DNA of 63,942 bases, the filler included, from Globobulimina sp. (taxonomy: Eukaryota), in NCBI GenBank assembly GCA_003354225.1. It is 16 parts of 16 records of this genome, joined end to end, with 100 filler letters (N's around TTAATTAATTAA, not from the genome) between each part and the next. Parts side by side here need not be neighbours in the genome. Positions count along the whole stretch, not along the records: positions 60,047 to 63,942 come from PIVH01001917.1; 15 more parts are not named here. The stretch is one strand, 5' to 3'. The notes below the pieces were generated by a model. The model saw only the letters and a list, made by a program, of their open reading frames with translations. It ran no database searches and was not told the DNA's origin. Shown piece by piece: positions 61,059-63,942 of the stretch (its first letter is position 1; each line of letters opens with the position of its first letter). The position numbers and the translations under genes were made by a program.

Positions 61059-63031
61059 TAAATGAAAAACACATTGATGATGAAAATGAAAAAGAATCGA
61101 ATTTAGAAAATGCGAGTTTCCATATAAAACATATAAATTTATGCAATAATTTGCAATGCATAAATAGTATAATATCATCGGAGCAAAATAATAATTTATT
61201 CTTGAGATTCATCCATTGTCCAATATTACACCTACGACGCAATGAGATATTGATAATTACCAATCACTGTGTTAACATCGCCAATTTACTAAATATGTTA
61301 AACAAATTGGACCGACATTTATTATCGCGGTGGTCGATGGGCGTTCGCTGTATTTCCAATAAAATCAATGGTTTGCAGGAAAATATCGAATCATATAATT
61401 TGGCGTCGAGCTGGCAACACGAATTCAAACACAATTTATTGATCGGATCGCCATCCACTGCCTTCTTACAATATGTGGAGCAGAATTTAAATGTAACTGC
61501 TTTGCAACGCGGATATAAACAATTTGATCAATTTATCAATGAAATGTTTGATATCATTCAAAAGAATTTGATTCATATTATTAGTGAACTAATATTTCGA
61601 TGTTGTGAGTTGAAGGGTTTTTCATTATGGATGGAGCGATTTGGCTGTTTGGGACTGACAGAGAAGAAATTGAATGCATTCATTGACAAATTAAAATGTT
61701 TATATATCAAATTGGATCAATTACAAATCCTAACTACCGATGCAAAATTAAACTTGATTGCGTTTAAGGATTATTTGATATTTTTGTCGTCCATTCATAA
61801 CAATGAAAGCGAGGACAGTGCCATTAAAAAAAACGGATTTGACAAATTAAATTGTAAACGGATATTTGCTGCGATTGATTACGATTTAAAGCCAAATCGA
61901 ATAGCATTGTTCTTACAAAATGGGTTGTTGCCAAAGAAAGACTTAATTTTATTTTCAGTCCGCGCATTGACACCAAATCAGAGTGAAAATGTTAATCAGA
62001 ATCCAGTCATTAAGAAATTATTAATAAAACTGAAAAAAAAATGGAAAAGATTTGAAAGATATTCATTTTCATATTTAATCGGAGATATTATTCGTTCGTG
62101 GAAACCAATCGTAAATGTATTATCGCCCACTATTTCAAAATCGTTTAATACTGAAAATAATGAGTACGGACTGCTATATTTATCATCAAATAATATGCGT
62201 CGCAGTCGCGACGTTAATAATATGTATATTTATACGGCAATTAATTATAAAAAAGATATTACGTTTATAACAACAAACGTTTTTAATGATTTATTTGTGA
62301 TTACAAATGATATAAATTTATGTGTATTAAATGCCAAAAGAACATCAATAAAAACAAATAACACGCAATCAAAATTAGTATTTATTGCCATTATACCGAC
62401 CATGAATGATATTACATCGTCAGTTGCTTTGTCGAATGAGATTTGGACAGATGATTTTGATGCATTTGAAGAGATAATGTGTCATTTTCCAGTGCAATCA
62501 TCGATAAATGACATAAAAATGTGTGTGCTTGATATTAATCCATTTATTGAGGAAAAGGAATTGAATTTTGATTCCATTGATATTGTACAAATTAAGTTTA
62601 TTAATGGTTATCGTTTGGCAGTTTTAGCAAAATTGGATAAACGGACTTGTTTATTAACAATCAATTTGAAAAGAATACAATTTGAATTTCAAGACAACAA
62701 AGCAAATGATTATGAAATGAGTATAAATGAAATGGCATTTGATTTTGGAATGATTCCTGTTCAGATTAATATACATAATTTAAATAAATATTTATTTGGA
62801 AATGATGTGGATGCACAAATGTTATCCATTAATGGACCAAGGAAATTAGCAGCAATTTCATGTGATCCATTCATTGATAATAAATGTAATCGGATAATTG
62901 TTTTGGATATAAATGCTGATAATGATAGTGATGAGGAAAAAGATGAGGATGAGGATGAAGAAGAAGAAGAAGAAAGTTATTCATTTACAAATGAAGATAG
63001 TGATCTACAGAAAATTATTGATGTTGATTGA
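61058..63031 (+). CDS. ANAPC4: Anaphase-promoting complex subunit 4, lacking most of its N-terminal WD40 region
   Basis: LLIGSPSTAFLQY..ELIFRCCELKGFSLWMERFGCLGL..LIAFKDYL matches the APC4 long domain; C-terminal INGPRKLAAI..RIIVLDI and an acidic tail. Confidence 0.7.
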   Translation, partial: LNEKHIDDENEKESNLENASFHIKHINLCNNLQCINSIISSEQNNNLFLRFIHCPILHLRRNEILIITNHCVNIANLLNMLNKLDRHLLSRWSMGVRCISNKINGLQENIESYNLASSWQHEFKHNLLIGSPSTAFLQYVEQNLNVTALQRGYKQFDQFINEMFDIIQKNLIHIISELIFRCCELKGFSLWMERFGCLGLTEKKLNAFIDKLKCLYIKLDQLQILTTDAKLNLIAFKDYLIFLSSIHNNESEDSAIKKNGFDKLNCKRIFAAIDYDLKPNRIALFLQNGLLPKKDLILFSVRALTPNQSENVNQNPVIKKLLIKLKKKWKRFERYSFSYLIGDIIRSWKPIVNVLSPTISKSFNTENNEYGLLYLSSNNMRRSRDVNNMYIYTAINYKKDITFITTNVFNDLFVITNDINLCVLNAKRTSIKTNNTQSKLVFIAIIPTMNDITSSVALSNEIWTDDFDAFEEIMCHFPVQSSINDIKMCVLDINPFIEEKELNFDSIDIVQIKFINGYRLAVLAKLDKRTCLLTINLKRIQFEFQDNKANDYEMSINEMAFDFGMIPVQINIHNLNKYLFGNDVDAQMLSINGPRKLAAISCDPFIDNKCNRIIVLDINADNDSDEEKDEDEDEEEEEESYSFTNEDSDLQKIIDVD

Positions 63032-63329
63032 CAACACTATGATGTTCAGCTAATTATAATTTAATACGGTTCCTTAGCTACATTCTTCTTCTATAAAAGG
63101 TTGAAAACCACTCCAGAATTACTGCAGCAGTCGGAATTAATAATATGAATACAAACATTACTGCAAATTATGTCGTTTTACCATTAACTTCCAGCTCAAA
63201 TGCAAAAAACTCAAAAATATTTAATTCAACGAACAATCCATATTATTCTACAGCTAGTAGGTGAAGTAATGGCGCTAACAAATTCAAATTTTTGTCAATT
63301 TATATTACATTTTGTTCACAATATTTTAC

Positions 63330-63672
63330 ATTAATAAATATTTCGAGTAACTCCCAAATAATATTTATTTTTTACTATTTTCCAATTATTTCCAGAAAAT
63401 AAATCTTCATATTTTGCAAATTCCGAGCTTGAATACATAATTGTACATTTTGGATGCCATAATTCTATTCTATTCAATTTTGAATATTTGAGTTTATTCA
63501 CCAATTTTAATGTTGAAACTAAGGATTCTAAATAGGATTCATTGATACGTCCAATATCCCAACATCTTATACGTGAAACTTGTTTAAATATTTTATTTAT
63601 TTTCTCATATTGTATTAAATTATCCTCTGTTTTATCTTTAATCTCATTTATTCCCCAAATTTGTAATCCAAT
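63330..63672 (-). pseudogene. ART-like pseudogene, downstream part, continuing from 60163 across the contig junction
   Basis: Removing the MITE and one AAT gives in-frame KEYG-IGLQIWGINEIKDKTEDNLIQYEKINKIFK. Confidence 0.7.
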
Positions 63673-63941
63673 AGAGTTAGTGCATTTAAGTGAAAAGAAA
63701 ATAAAGTCACTAATTCAGTGCAATTTCATTCGTCTCAGCAACGATATCAAGGTTTTCAACTCAATTAAACACTTAATGTGCTACAAAATATGTAAGTAAT
63801 TGTTTATTATGTCCTTTTACATATAAATACGGTTGACATAATTCAGTATTTATTCGTTTAGTCTGTTAAAATTGATTGTAGACGGATAAAATCAACTGAA
63901 TTATCGACTTTACTTTCTTTTCACTTAAATGCACTAACTCT
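63673..63941. mobile_element. 269-bp MITE, family B (AGAGTTAGTGCATTTAAGTGAAAAGAAA TIR, AAT target-site duplication)
   Basis: 28-bp perfect and ~60-bp imperfect TIR. AAT at 63670-63672 on the left and at 60163-60165 on the right (via the terminal repeat). Confidence 0.88.
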
Positions 63942-63942
63942 A

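Noticed and set aside
63673-63941. MITE B acting as a self-removing intron (introner)
   Set aside because: A GTTAGT donor-like motif exists in the TIR, but no AG acceptor lies at the other end to restore the frame.

Overview
This window is not one locus. It holds 16 unrelated ~3.9-kb contigs (3907 down to 3896 bp, sorted by length) joined by identical 100-bp artificial spacers (44N-TTAATTAATTAA-44N). The DNA is from an AT-rich, gene-dense eukaryote with mostly short (~50-80 nt) GT-AG introns and the standard genetic code. Its expanded gene families (RCC1, ADP-ribosyltransferase-like, Cys-rich surface proteins, TLQG-type kinases) suggest a foraminiferan or related rhizarian; this is an inference. 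Recognisable genes: glucosidase I, DUS2, three RCC1 paralogues, a VIT-vWA protein, SLC26, SLC44, GNAT, PhnB/VOC, an RBR E3 ligase, a Ras-like GTPase, GCP6, an alpha/beta hydrolase, a Ser/Thr kinase, NSDHL, APC4 and SERF. Most notable observations: (1) an NLR-like ARM-CHAT protease-Cys/His-STAND protein with a WWE-like module inserted in a degenerate NTPase; (2) two unrelated non-coding TIR element (MITE) families that both duplicate AAT, one with an empty site in the window; (3) a last contig that closes on itself and carries a junction fusing two 5'-truncated genes (DNA circle or tandem amplification); (4) relaxed splice signals (GTT donors, AAG/GAG acceptors); (5) a shared F-box/SOCS-like helix on unrelated proteins.
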